DNA of 64,000 nt from Eledone cirrhosa. Lineage: Eukaryota. The DNA is taken from contig OZ024743.1 of the NCBI GenBank assembly GCA_964016885.1, positions 292,516,001 to 292,580,000 on the forward strand, written 5' to 3'. The position numbers and the translations under genes are program-made. Below the pieces are notes generated by a model, which was not told where the DNA came from, searched no databases, and was given only the letters and a program-made list of their open reading frames with translations. Positions 14,291 through 28,449 of the stretch are shown here, piece by piece; within the stretch, counting starts at the first letter, position 1, and each line of letters begins with the position of its first letter.

Positions 14291-15128
14291 ACAATCAAAT
14301 CACCCATTTCTGCGCCAAACACACACGTTGGCCTTCACTGTTCGATTATATTTTTCCTTCGCAAATCCCTATTGCTGCAAACCATAGATTTTAAAGCTGT
14401 CATGTTCCTTTTCAGTAATATAAAGTTATAACTAATGGTAGCTACTGCAAATATGTTGCTGGTATCGAAGATGCTATGGTTATTTAAGTGAGTTTCCAGA
14501 TTTTATTCTGTCATTTCTTATTCTTATTCTCGTAGCTTTCACACACAATTATACTCCTTTGAATTCCCAAACGCCTATAACATTCAGCATTGTCCATCCT
14601 CTGTGGATTTCTGTAATCATATAAACTCCTTAGCTATCTGTCTCGTCCAATTTATTAACTTCGAACATTTTTTCTCCACAACAATTTTATTGTGCTTTTT
14701 TTTTTGTTTGTTTGTTTGTTTTTTTTTTTGTTTTTTTTTTAGCGTAAACGACATTTTCACGACTTCGCTAAATTCTCACTTAATTTTACCGATATTCTCA
14801 GGTTAAGTAGAGTTTGTGATTTATTGAGGTCAATCTTGAAATAGAAGAATTGAACCAGAGCATCTCCCTCTCTTTGTATAGAACAGTATTTTTTTATGTA
14901 TTAGCAAACACATGGAGAAAGATAATCATAGAAGAAGATAAAGATGTGATATACAGTATAAGGTGAGTATGTGCAGTGCCCATTACAATTTTCAGTACTT
15001 TATGATTGAGGGAAAGGAGGAGGGAAGGAATCCTCAACTGCTGTGTAAAATATTTTATATATAAAAAAAATATGGCAGTAACGTCAACGATAGGAACAGT
15101 AGCAGTAGCGGTAGTAGACACAACAGCG

Positions 15129-15160
<32 letters not shown>

Positions 15161-15954
15161 CCAAGATTATTACGGATCAAGTCTAAGTAGATAGCTATGT
15201 AAATATATAATTAATATTTTTATAATGTCAAGGAAAATGTTCGATTCATAACCTAAATACGTTTAAATGTCACTACATGAAATTATGATATATCAGTGAA
15301 TTCCAGCATGAAACATTTCTTCCGAGCGCAAGTATCAGCAAACAGGATGCTTGCATTTTAAAATTAAGTCAGCAGCGATTCTGTTGAGCCCCAGGTGATA
15401 AAGGTCCGTTGAAAATGAAGTAAATTAAGTTGTATCCAAAAGGTGTGGATTAATTTCATTTCAAAATATACCCAACACCTGTGGCTCATTTGACAAGGGC
15501 TTACCTCCTTTGCATTGGAGTCAAACGACTGAGAAATCCAGGCCGTTGTGTGGTTTACCTTCAGTTCTTGCTGCTATTTTTTTCAGCTGAGTGAACTGGA
15601 CCAACGTGAAGATCGCAATGTCCCATTTTGTCCAGTAATAGAACCCGCTATCTTACTATTGTAAGTGCAGCACTAAGCCACATGTCTTACATATTAATAA
15701 TATTTGTCCTATGTTCAACACTCTTTCAAACATTTCTCAAAACACAATTATACAGTTAACAATGCAATAGTCTCAGCCATTTAAGTAGATTTGTATCTCT
15801 TTCATACATGATGTCAAAATCATTCACGAACTAAATGGCTCATAATGCTGGACATTTTCCCGGCTATATATATAGGGCTAAGTAAAAGAGATTATTTGTG
15901 AATAGTAACATTATGTGTGATGCAGTTATTATTATACACATGATTTAATGTTGT

Positions 15955-16300
15955 TGGTTTGGCAGAATTGTTAGAGCGCCTAACACGTTTTTTTTTCCGA
16001 CTATTTACATTCTAAGTTCAACTTCACTATTTACCAGTCCAATGTTGATAAAATAATGTACCAGACAAGACTGAGGTCACTGTAATCGACTTTCTTCACC
16101 CTTTAAACGGCTTGCCTTATGACTAAATTAGAAAAGCGTTTTGGCACTATTGGTAGATTGGCAGTATTGATAGAGAGTCTGAAAAAACGATTGTCTACGT
16201 TCTAAATTCAAATCCCACCAACTTTGATTTCCTCATTCTGCGTTCGATAAAATAAAAACCCAGTAAAGTATTGGATTCAATACAATCGACGTTACCCCCC
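15955..16300 (+). mobile_element. Two degenerate SINE copies (13675 family)
   Basis: TTGGCAGAATTGTTAGAG / TTGGCAGTATTGATAGAG heads and GATAAAATAA..ACCAG cores. Confidence 0.55.
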
Positions 16301-17216
16301 CCCCACATAAAGTTTTTCTTAAAATTTTAATTACAAGTTTAACATATTTTCCTGTTAAATATGGGCCAACCTGACTTCTCAATTAAATTCAATTAGTTTA
16401 CAGTGGTGACTTTTATAAATCTCAATTAAATTCAAAAGTTTACTGTCGTGAGATTTTTGTAATATCAGAAACTGTGGTGTTCAGTATCATGGAATGTATT
16501 CACAGCATTAGACAACTGGAGATAGCATTTTATAGAGAAAACAACATTTACTACACTAACGCAGAAAACAACAGTGACCTATCGATTAGCTTTGAATGAT
16601 ATTGTTAATATTATGGAACTAAAACATATAAATCGACTAAAATAATATTTAAGATTACCATTTAGCGCCAGGAATCTGATAGAATTAAAAAAGACTAGGA
16701 CGAATACAATAAGAGTATTAGTGTTACTGCATCATTGAAAATAGGTATAATTAATAGGGCACATTGTGAACACTGTTTAGTATATATTGTAGATATGTCA
16801 AAGATATGTTGATATGGCTACATGTTTTTGTATGTTTACAGGTTATTTTATATATAATACAGCGGCTATTAGTTACAGAAATTCAACCTGTCAGTACATT
16901 GAGTCTTCTGAATGTAAAGAATCAGATGTTAACACGATAATATTTGGATAAAATGTACAATGCAAAAGTAAAATAAGTGGAAGCGCTGCATAACCTACTG
17001 CAGTTAAATGAGTTGATTTACATGCTACATAGAACCTTTAGTTGCGTATTGTGTTTTATCTGTTATATAGATATTCTTTGTTAAGCTATCTATTGTATCC
17101 TTTTGAATCTTCGTTAATATTCACATCATAACATACTGATTATTGATCAAAATATTATATCGGCCGCTATTTACATAATACTGTTCGAATTACTAAAATG
17201 TTGAGTTAAACATAAG

Positions 17217-17248
<32 letters not shown>

Positions 17249-17292
17249 CATATGTGTGTATGTGGGTGGGTGTGGGGGGGGGGTATGTATAA

Positions 17293-17333
<41 letters not shown>

Positions 17334-17338
<5 letters not shown>

Positions 17339-17468
17339 GGAAAAAATGAAACGAAATTTAATTTCTCACTCACTCTTAGTACGGCTGTTACTTAAATATA
17401 AGTATGTATACGTACATACATATATGTATACAGACGTACAGTAGTGTGTATATATATATACATACATG

Positions 17469-17505
<37 letters not shown>

Positions 17506-17870
17506 GTATGGATTTACCAAACATGTATTATAATGCTGGGTTTGTTTGTAAACAAACATCCCGAATTAAGCCGTACAGTGTTTAGCAACCATCGTTGCCC
17601 TTTTGTTCAACACTGGCAAAGGAACGATGTACTAGTTTCAAGCTTATTAGCTATCGTCAGCACCGTATACCTACCTGCCAGATGAAAGTATATACTTTCC
17701 TTATGCATATTAAGGGCTGAGCAGCCTAATTTGCATATCGAGTGAGTTAATCGGCCGGGCGCACCGAAAACGATAAATGGAAAAATGAAACAAAATTTCA
17801 TTTCTCACTCACTCTTAGTACGGCTGTTACTTAAATATAAGTATGTATACGTACATACATATATATATGT
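17334..17870 (-). mobile_element. Retrozyme-like element: ~440-bp unit plus ~90-bp terminal redundancy, in (TA)n, with one HHR
   Basis: TAAATGGAAAAA(A)TGAAAC...CTTAAATATAAGTATG repeats at 17334 and 17774 (period 440), flanked by (TA)n; HHR at 17624-17666. Confidence 0.75.
17624..17666 (-). ncRNA. Minimal type I hammerhead ribozyme
   Basis: rc: ACGGTG CTGACGA T AGCT AATA AGCT T GAAA CTAG TA CATCGT; stem I has one G-U pair and stem III is palindromic. Confidence 0.85.
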
Positions 17871-17878
17871 ATACATAC

Positions 17879-17952
<74 letters not shown>

Positions 17953-17954
<2 letters not shown>

Positions 17955-18007
17955 CAAGGGCGGTGCCCCAGCATGGCCTCAGCCGGATGGCTGAAACAGG
18001 TAAAAGA

Positions 18008-18010
<3 letters not shown>
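17953..18010 (+). mobile_element. Severely 5'-truncated LINE/SINE 3' tail (also at 8448-8493 and rc 40550-40603)
   Basis: GGCGGTGCCCCAGCATGGCCTCAGCCGGATGGCTGAAACAGGTAAAAGAGTA matches the tail attached to the CR1-like fragment at 40550-40830. Confidence 0.7.
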
Positions 18011-18095
<85 letters not shown>

Positions 18096-18122
18096 GTGTA
18101 TATATATATATACACACACACG

Positions 18123-18154
<32 letters not shown>

Positions 18155-18230
18155 ATTGGTGTGGGATGCTTAAAGTGTCCGTAAGCGGTATGCCGTTTGA
18201 GCACTCGATGTTCTTACAGAGCAGAGTATA

Positions 18231-18556
<326 letters not shown>

Positions 18557-18793
18557 TACATATATATATATATATATATTCCTGAGTCCTGTATTTTCGT
18601 TGCTGTGGTAATGCAGCTGGAATGCCGATCGCTATATTTGATTTGCTAAGCTGTCTAAACGTATTGTTATTACTCTGGGGTACTATCCCCATTCGAGTGC
18701 TAAATTTCATACCGAATTTGCATTCGTTAGCTTGGCCGCAAAAACTAGAGCTTCGTTAATGCTGTACTATATATATCAACTAGAATTAGATTG

Positions 18794-18839
<46 letters not shown>

Positions 18840-18985
18840 AACATATGGAATAATCACAGGGAATAATTTGTAGAGAATATAAGCACACATAGCTAGGTAG
18901 GTAACCAATTAAAGTTTAACTAGACCTTCAAACATAGATACCTTTCTAAATGATTAATCTCCTTTGTATATATTTCTTTAAGTAA

Positions 18986-19086
18986 AAAATATATATCACC
19001 AATTAATCAGTAAATCACAGTAGTCAAATCCATCCTGGATGGATTTGACTCCTGTGATTTACTGATTAATTGGTGAAATATATTTT
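18986..19086. repeat. ~50-bp-arm hairpin at the end of a repeat related to 60870-61770
   Basis: TCACCAATTAATCAGTAAATCACAG..ATCCATCC-T-GGATGGAT..CTGTGATTTACTGATTAATTGGTGA; 18835-19010 is the reverse complement of the 60995-61180 family. Confidence 0.8.
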
Positions 19087-19155
19087 AATCTTTGATCTTA
19101 TTCTACAGTGCATATGGCGCATGTCTCTCTGACATGATAACCCTTAATTTAATTT

Positions 19156-19206
<51 letters not shown>

Positions 19207-19419
19207 GATAACAAAATATCGTTATAGGTAATCCAGTTAGAGGTTGTAAATACCTCGTATTATGGATAGTTTTAGCGTACGGCGTTGTTAGACTCAACAA
19301 GGGGTTTACGTAGGTGGCGAGTTTATGATTTCACTTGTATTCCTATGTAAGATATCTCCGATGATCTGGTTAAGCTAACAATGTATTTAAAATAGAGTGG
19401 CACTGCTTCAAGTGTTCAG

Positions 19420-19840
19420 CAATTTTTAGACAACTTAGAAGAGGTCGTGGTTGAGGTTTTGGATGAAGAGGAGGATAGCGTGAGCGAGCAGGGGGTGGCA
19501 GGCGGAGTTAAAGCGGAGGATGGTGGGCGTCAGTTGGTGGTCAAGTTTGCGGATGGTGGAGGGGGAGGCGCGGAGGGAGTTTCGTATTAGGAGGCGCGAG
19601 GATCGGGTGAGGATACGTTGGGTGGAGGGGAAGCGGGGGTGGGAGGTGTGGAAGTGTAGACGGAAGCCGAGGGGGATAAGGTGCAGGTGGAAGCAGCGGC
19701 GGAGGAAATGGATGTCGCTGGAGTGCCGGGTATTGGCGAAGAGAAGGTAGGAGTGTTGAAGGGCCGAGGAGAGATAGCAGGGTGAGGAAAAGTTTGAGGC
19801 TGGTGTGGAGTTGGTGGAGAAAGGATCTCAGGCTAGGCAT
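19420..19840 (-). pseudogene. N-terminal fragment of a Penelope-like element ORF (frameshifted)
   Basis: ATG at 19840. A shifted frame reads LFANTRHSSDIHFLRRCFHLHLIPLGFRLHF, matching the H..FL..C....IP.GF N-terminal motif of PLE ORFs; it lies downstream of a PLE-type HHR. Confidence 0.65.
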
Positions 19841-20321
19841 GGTGGGCGTGGAGTGAAAGCAGGGGGGGAGTAATAGAAGGGAGGTGTGTGAAGCGGGGGG
19901 GGGGGGCGAAGGAGTGAGTGCGAAAGATAGGCAGAGACGGGGGAGGGAAAATCAAACAGAAATAACGTAAGGAGAGGAGAGTATACACAGGAAAATCATA
20001 GACAAAAAATCATAATCGTAAAAACACAGGCAGTCATGGACAAAAAATCATAGACAGAAATAAACAAGTACAGTAAATAAATCATTCAAAAAGTAATGCA
20101 AAGAAAGAAAAAAACAAGTTGTGGGAAGGTGTGGGGAAATTTCAGAGAGTGGTCACGGTGGATTAGATCGGGGTTGAGCCGGTAGTCAAGGTAGTATTCT
20201 AAGGTGGTATGGAAGACGTGGGAGCGTGTACTGTGTAGTGAAAAATTGAACGGGAACAAAACAGAGAGGCAGTACGATCAAAGGTTTATTAGTTTCACGC
20301 TCTTGAGAGTAGGGTGGTGGT

Positions 20322-20362
20322 AGGGAACGACGTTTCGGGCATAAGCCCTTCTTCAGGCGAAA
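20322..20362 (-). ncRNA. Minimal Penelope-type hammerhead ribozyme in pLTR
   Basis: rc: TTTCGC CTGAAGA AGGGC TTAT GCCC GAAA CG TC GTTCC; core intact, stem I weak. Confidence 0.7.
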
Positions 20363-20603
20363 AGTGTGTGGGAAGAGAGTTCCAATGGTGTGTAGGGGAG
20401 TGGGGGAGAGACATTTAGAAAAAAGGGGGTGAGAGGAAACGGTACAAATGAAAATAAATATAAAAACATAATAAAAATAAAAATAAACATGAAGATAAAC
20501 AAGTGGTGGAAGGGTGTGGCGTGTAGGGGTGGTGGCGGGTGGAGTGGGGAGAGGGAGGCGGGGTGTCCGAGTGGGGAGGGCTGAAGATGGTGTGTGTGTG
20601 TAG

Positions 20604-20635
<32 letters not shown>

Positions 20636-21697
20636 ATGAGAATGTGAGAGTTGGGGGAAGAACGGGGTTGCATGTTCAGGAAAAGGTGTGTGTGCGGTGG
20701 GGTGTAGGTCGGTGTGTGTGTGTGCGTGTGTGGATGGGGAGGGGTCAGAGGGGTTGTGGAGGATTCCGGAGACTGAGTGTGTAAATATGTGGTGGTACGC
20801 ACGTGTGTGTGGTGTTTATACGTATTGTGGATGTGGGTGGGGTGTGGGAAAAAAAATGTTTGTGAGTGTATGTCCGTGGGTAAGTTCCTAAGGTAGTTCC
20901 GTAGAGGGTGTGGTGGGATGCCGGATAATTTCCTTGTGATGGAGTTGATTCGTGGGAACGATGTCCAATTTGTGTAATCCGTGGTTGGGTTGGTCGGTAG
21001 AGGGGAGATGTGGGGTGCGCGCTTAACAGGAAATATATATATATATATATACCATTTGATTGCAGTGTAAATAAAAAGGATGTACTGTATAACTTATGAT
21101 AAATATAACAGTCAAGGGCTGTGTGCTTTTCTTTTGTTCCTAGGTTAAGACAAAACATGAGTTTCTCGCAGTTACATGTGAGTAAATATCATAAAAATCA
21201 CGGTACAAAAATAAAGAGGCATAAAACCATGCAGATATATACAAATATGTTTTCTGGTTCTTGTAATTTAGAAGCGATATAATGAAATAAAACGGGCACC
21301 ATCATGAAGCTTGTCCAAATGAATCAATGATTTTAAATGCATTTATGTTTGTATTTTTCTTCTCAACGAAAATGAATATAATTTATGAAAGTGTAGCGAT
21401 AAAGTCAACTTGTAATCCATGTTCAACCTAATATGGCACTCGCATTGTTCCTTTTGGGAAAGTAGATAACACCAGCTACTCTCTCACTTTCTCAAGAAAC
21501 TGGGATGAGAGAATTCCTTCATCCAAAATAAACTGGAGTATATCCGACCGGGCTCCCCTTTCGCTCCTCCAGAGAACACAGCTCTCATGTCTGCCTCTTC
21601 CAGAAGCTGCATATATTTGCATAGCTATCTACGAAAATATCAAAATTGTGTTTCTGGCGCGATGTTCTCTATAGGCTAATTAAAAACCTCTAATGGT

Positions 21698-21775
21698 TAA
21701 TATATATCCCTAGGCATACCATTGAGCGAAATTATTAATAATTTCGCTCAATGGTATGCCTAGGGATATATATTA
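21698..21775. repeat. Perfect 78-bp palindrome with no spacer
   Basis: TAATATATATCCCTAGGCATACCATTGAGCGAAATTATT|AATAATTTCGCTCAATGGTATGCCTAGGGATATATATTA. Confidence 0.95.
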
Positions 21776-21799
21776 TTAATAATGTTTTCTTATATACGC

Positions 21800-21950
21800 A
21801 CATGGCCAGCAATTTTTTAGGGGGTGGGGCGCGGTGGGGAGTCTATTAAATCGACGCCAGTGCGTGACTTGTACTTTATTTCATCGACCGCTTAAAAATG
21901 AAAGACAAAGTTAACCACGGGGGGATTTGAACTCAGATCATAAAGGGCCG
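21800..21950 (-). mobile_element. SINE (13675 family)
   Basis: GTACTTTATTTCATCGACC...AAAGTTAACC..GGGATTTGAACTCAGATC. Confidence 0.7.
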
Positions 21951-21980
21951 CCGCCGCCTGTAACTTTAGTTACACACCTA

Positions 21981-22103
<123 letters not shown>

Positions 22104-22154
22104 GCTTGTAGGAGTGCGTACTTGTATATAAATGTGTGAATAAGTTTATTTACA

Positions 22155-23220
<1,066 letters not shown>

Positions 23221-23351
23221 AAATTATGTAAAACATTTCAGAAATTCTGCATGTAATAACTTCATACACACATGTATAGATAGAGAAACATATTTACGTG
23301 TACACATATAACACAATTTATACAGATCCACAAATGAAATAACACACACAC

Positions 23352-23428
<77 letters not shown>

Positions 23429-23511
23429 AAAACACACACACAATCACATACAAACATACATATAACACAATTTATACAGATTCACAAATGAAATAACACA
23501 CACACACACAC

Positions 23512-23602
<91 letters not shown>

Positions 23603-23866
23603 TACAAAAACACACGCACACACATACAAACATACACATTTATATAGCTAATTGATGTCTAAATTCCAAAGAGTTGTGTTTCTATGTTAGAAACCGACTC
23701 TCACTTTCTCTGTTAGTGAACATTTATAAAATAATAAAACTACAAGAATATACATACACACATAGATGCATACATGTATAGGTACATACATACACACACA
23801 TATTACATACATACATACATACATACATGCCTGCATACATATATATATATATACATACATACACAC

Positions 23867-23897
<31 letters not shown>

Positions 23898-24589
23898 CAT
23901 ACATACATACATACATACATACATACACACATACATATGTATCATCTGAAACCTTTCATATTCATGAAGGAAATCTAAGATCTAATCCTTTAGTCTGCAG
24001 GGAAGATCTTTCTATCACGGAGAACTTCAATCAATTAAACAACGTGATGACCAGATACAAATACTGGGCCTGACTTCTATCACTTTTAAATGTCGATGTT
24101 GGTAACGACAGTAGTGATGCTACTGTTGCTGACTAAAATGATTTTCGTGGTAAAGTGTTGTGGAACTGAAGATCGGTGGCGTTGAGGGAGATCTGCTTGC
24201 TTCTCGATAGAGCTAACTAGAACGAAGTGAGGCGCGAATTCCGTATATCTGGCTGAAGAAGTAGAAAACGTGCCTAGAATTAAGGCTTTGTCTTCTGAAT
24301 AAGCTTGGATGTTGAGCCTAGTGGTTTGCTAGTTATTATTTGATATAAAAGTAGAAACAATTATTTGATATATATATATATATGTGTGCGTGTGTGTGTG
24401 TGTTGGTGTATATATATTCATATATATAAATATAACTTTATCATATATGCTTATACACACATACCTACATACATACGTACATATATATATATATAGATAC
24501 ATACACACATGCATGCTTACATATATACAGGCATACATACATACATATATACAGACATAGATAGGTACATACATACGTACGTACGTACA

Positions 24590-24637
<48 letters not shown>

Positions 24638-25082
24638 AGTGCAGGATGTGTAAGAGGGTGAGCTTCGACAGAAAGATGGCAAATAAGTAGATGACTAGAA
24701 ATGAGTTAACAGTAATTCTAGAAAGGCTGAGTGCTACGTGTGTGTATGAGAAGCTTGGTCATGTTTGTGTACCTATCATTGAGACTGTGAGGTGGGGGAG
24801 TACAATAGCATGACAAAGGTGTTGCTAACTGCACGTGTAATTATATGTAAAAATACACACACATATATATATATGCGTGTGTGAGTGTGTGTACATGTAT
24901 GTCAGTATGTGTGTGTGTGTGGTTGTGCATGTGTGCTGGTGTGTATCTGTATGTGTACACATTATATACATGCCTATATATATATGAACATAATTTACGT
25001 ATGTATGTATATACATACATATATATATATATTATATACAAATACACAGGGAGACCATACACCACACACACACACATACACA

Positions 25083-25192
<110 letters not shown>

Positions 25193-25875
25193 ACATGTGT
25201 GCATTGATTTTCTTTTCGTGTGTGTACGTGTACATACTTTTGAATGTGTGTGTACGCGAGAAAAACTTCAGAGACAATCTGTAAAAGAGTGTGAGTGAGT
25301 GAGTGAGTGAGTGATAGAAAGAGAGGGACAAGGAGCGTGAGAGAGAAAGTGAGGGAAATGACAGGAGAGAGAGGGAGAGAGAGACACACAGAGAGGGTGT
25401 GTGTGTGATTGTATTTGTGCAGATGTATATGAAGTAAAGAAAGAAAACTCGAGATACAAGGTGTGATACAAGATAGCATGAGAGAGAGAGGGAGAGAGAG
25501 AGATGATGGGGGAGGTGGGCAGAGATTACTATAGACAGCAGTGTAGTTAGGTGGCGCAACAAGAATCGTAGGGTGATGATGAAGAATACGAATGAAATGT
25601 AAGAGATAGCAGTTCAATGAACGTGAATGGTAAAAGGCAACATTGCAAGACGCAGAGTTCCTGACAACAATAGATAGGGAGATGGGAAGATCGGGAGGGG
25701 CTGTATAGGTAAGTAGAAAGGTAGGTAGAAAGGCAGGGTGGGAGCTAGGTTGGGAGCTAGGTAGATAGATAGGTAGGAATGTAGAGGTGTATTAGATAGA
25801 AAGAAAATTAGATAGAAGTGTAGGTGTATATATAGCTAGATAGATAGAATTGTGTTTCACACATTACATACATAC

Positions 25876-25972
<97 letters not shown>

Positions 25973-25979
25973 ACACACA

Positions 25980-26022
<43 letters not shown>

Positions 26023-26054
26023 ATATAGTATATATATATATATACATATATATA

Positions 26055-26086
<32 letters not shown>

Positions 26087-26130
26087 CATATATATATATA
26101 TATACACACATACACACATATATATATATA

Positions 26131-26254
<124 letters not shown>

Positions 26255-26635
26255 CATACATATATACATACATACTTACATACATGTAGAAAACTCATAT
26301 ATGCACACGCGTACACACGCGTACACACACGTACAGACGCATACACACACGTACAGACGCATCCACACACGTACACACAAGATGGAGAAAACTCCAGTAA
26401 AACGAAGTAAATAAATAATTTATAAAGTGTAAGGCAGGTGAAGGGTGTGGTGTGAGGGTAGGGTTGAACACCGAAATATTGGTGTTAGAAGAAAACGTGC
26501 CGCAACAGGCTGAGTCATAAATTGCCGCAAGATTTCACTTTAAACACAAAATTGTGGCCAGGAGGAAGGGGTGATATGGTGGTGTAAGGAGACAGGAGAG
26601 GTGATATAGTGGAATGATGGTGAAGAGGATTATAT

Positions 26636-28300
26636 GGTGGCGTTTGGTGGCATTTGGCAGTGTGTGGTGGCGTGTGGTGACATTTAGCAGTGTGTGGTGG
26701 AGTGTGGTGGCGTTTGGTGGCATTTAACAGTGTGTGGTGGAGTGTGGTGGCGTTTGGTGGCACTTAGCAGTGTGTGGTGGCGTGTGGTGGCGTTTGGTGG
26801 CATTTAGCAGTGTGTGGTGGAGTGTGGTGGCGTTTGGTGGCATTTAGCAGTGTGTGGTGGCGTGTGGTGGCGTTTGGTGGCATTTAGCAGTGTGTGGTGG
26901 CGTGTGGTGGCGTTTGGTGGCACTTAGCAGTGTGTGGTGGCGTGTGGTGGCGTTTGGTGACATTTAGCAGTGTGTGGTGGAGTGTGGTGGCGTTTGGTGG
27001 CATTTAGCAGTGTGTGGTGGAGTGTGGTGGCGTTTGGTGGCATTTAGCAGTGTGTGGTGGAGTGTGGTGGCGTTTGGTGGCATTTAGCAGTGTGTGGTGG
27101 AGTGTGGTGACGTTTGGTAGCATTTAGCAGTGTGTGGTGGAGTGCGGTGGCGTTTGGTGGCATTTAGCAGTGTGTGGTGGAGTGTGGTGGCGTTTGGTGG
27201 CATTTAGCAGTGTGTGGTGGAGTGTGGTGGCATTTAGCAGTGTGTGGTGGAGTGTGGTGGTGTTTGGTGGCATTTGGCAGTGTGTGGTGGAGTGTGGTGG
27301 CGTTGTTGGCATTTGCCAGTGTGTGGTGGAGTGTGGTGGCGTTTGGTGACATTTAGCAGTGTGTGGTGGAGTGTGGTGGCGTTTGGTGACATTTAGCAGT
27401 GTGTGGTGGAGTGTGGTGGCGTTTTGTGGCATTTGCCAGTGTGTGGTGGAGTGTGGTGGCATTTGGCAGTGTGTGGTGGAGTGTGGTGGCGTTGTTGGCA
27501 TTTAGCAGTGTGTGGTGGAGTGTGGTGGCGTTTGGTAGCATTTAGCAGTGTGTGGTGGAGTGTGGTGGCGTTTGGTGGCATTTAGCAGTGTGTGGTGGAG
27601 TGTGGTGGCGTTTGGCAGTGTGTGGTGGAGTGTGGTGGCGTTTGGTGACATTTAGCAGTGTGTGGTGGAGTGTGGTGGCGTTGTTGGCATTTAGCAGTGT
27701 GTGGTGGAGTGTGGTGGCGTTTGGTGACATTTAGCAGTGTGTGGTGGAGTGTGGTGGCGTTTGGTGGCATTTGCCAGTGTGTGGTGGAGTGTGGTGGCGT
27801 TTGGTGGCATTTGGCAGTGTGTGGTGGAGTGTGGTGGCGTTGTTGGCATTTAGCAGTGTGTGGTGGAGTGTGGTGGCGTTTGGTAGCATTTAGCAGTGTG
27901 TGGTGGAGTGTGGTGGCGTTTGGTGGCATTTAGCAGTGTGTGGTGGAGTGTGGTGGCGTTTGGCGGCATTTGCCAGTGTGTGGTGGAGTGTGGTGGCGTT
28001 TGGTGGCATTTGGCAGTGTGTGGTGGAGTGTGGTGGCGTTGTTGGCATTTAGCAGTGTGTGGTGGAGTGTGGTGGCGTTTGGTGGCATTTAGCAGTGTGT
28101 GGTGGAGTGTGGTGGCATTTAGCAGTGTGTGATGGAGTGTGGTGGCGTTTGGTGGCATTTAGCAGTGTGTGGTGGAGTGTGGTGGCGTTTGGTGGCATTT
28201 AGCAGTGTGTGGTGGTGTGGGGTTGTATTTGGCAGTATGTAGTGTCGTGTGGTAGCATTTGGAAGTATGTGGTGGCGTATTGTGTCGTGTGGTGGCGTGT
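26636..28300. repeat. G/T-rich minisatellite, 40-bp unit built from 10-bp subunits, roughly 40 copies
   Basis: Consensus CATTTAGCAGTGTGTGGTGGAGTGTGGTGGCGTTTGGTGG, with 30- and 39-bp variants. Confidence 0.95.
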
Positions 28301-28449
28301 GGTGTCGTGCGTGTTAGGGTGGAAACGTGTGCGGTTGCAGAAGACACTATTTGAAGATGTGAAAGTTGAGCTAGAGAAAGTGTCATTATGAGAATGGTGG
28401 CGATGATGTCGACGAAGCTGAGCAGGAGAGACAGGGTGGGAATTAAGAG

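Noticed and set aside
26636-28300. Regular repeat array as a possible CRISPR
   Set aside because: No unique spacers and no cas genes, in a eukaryotic context.
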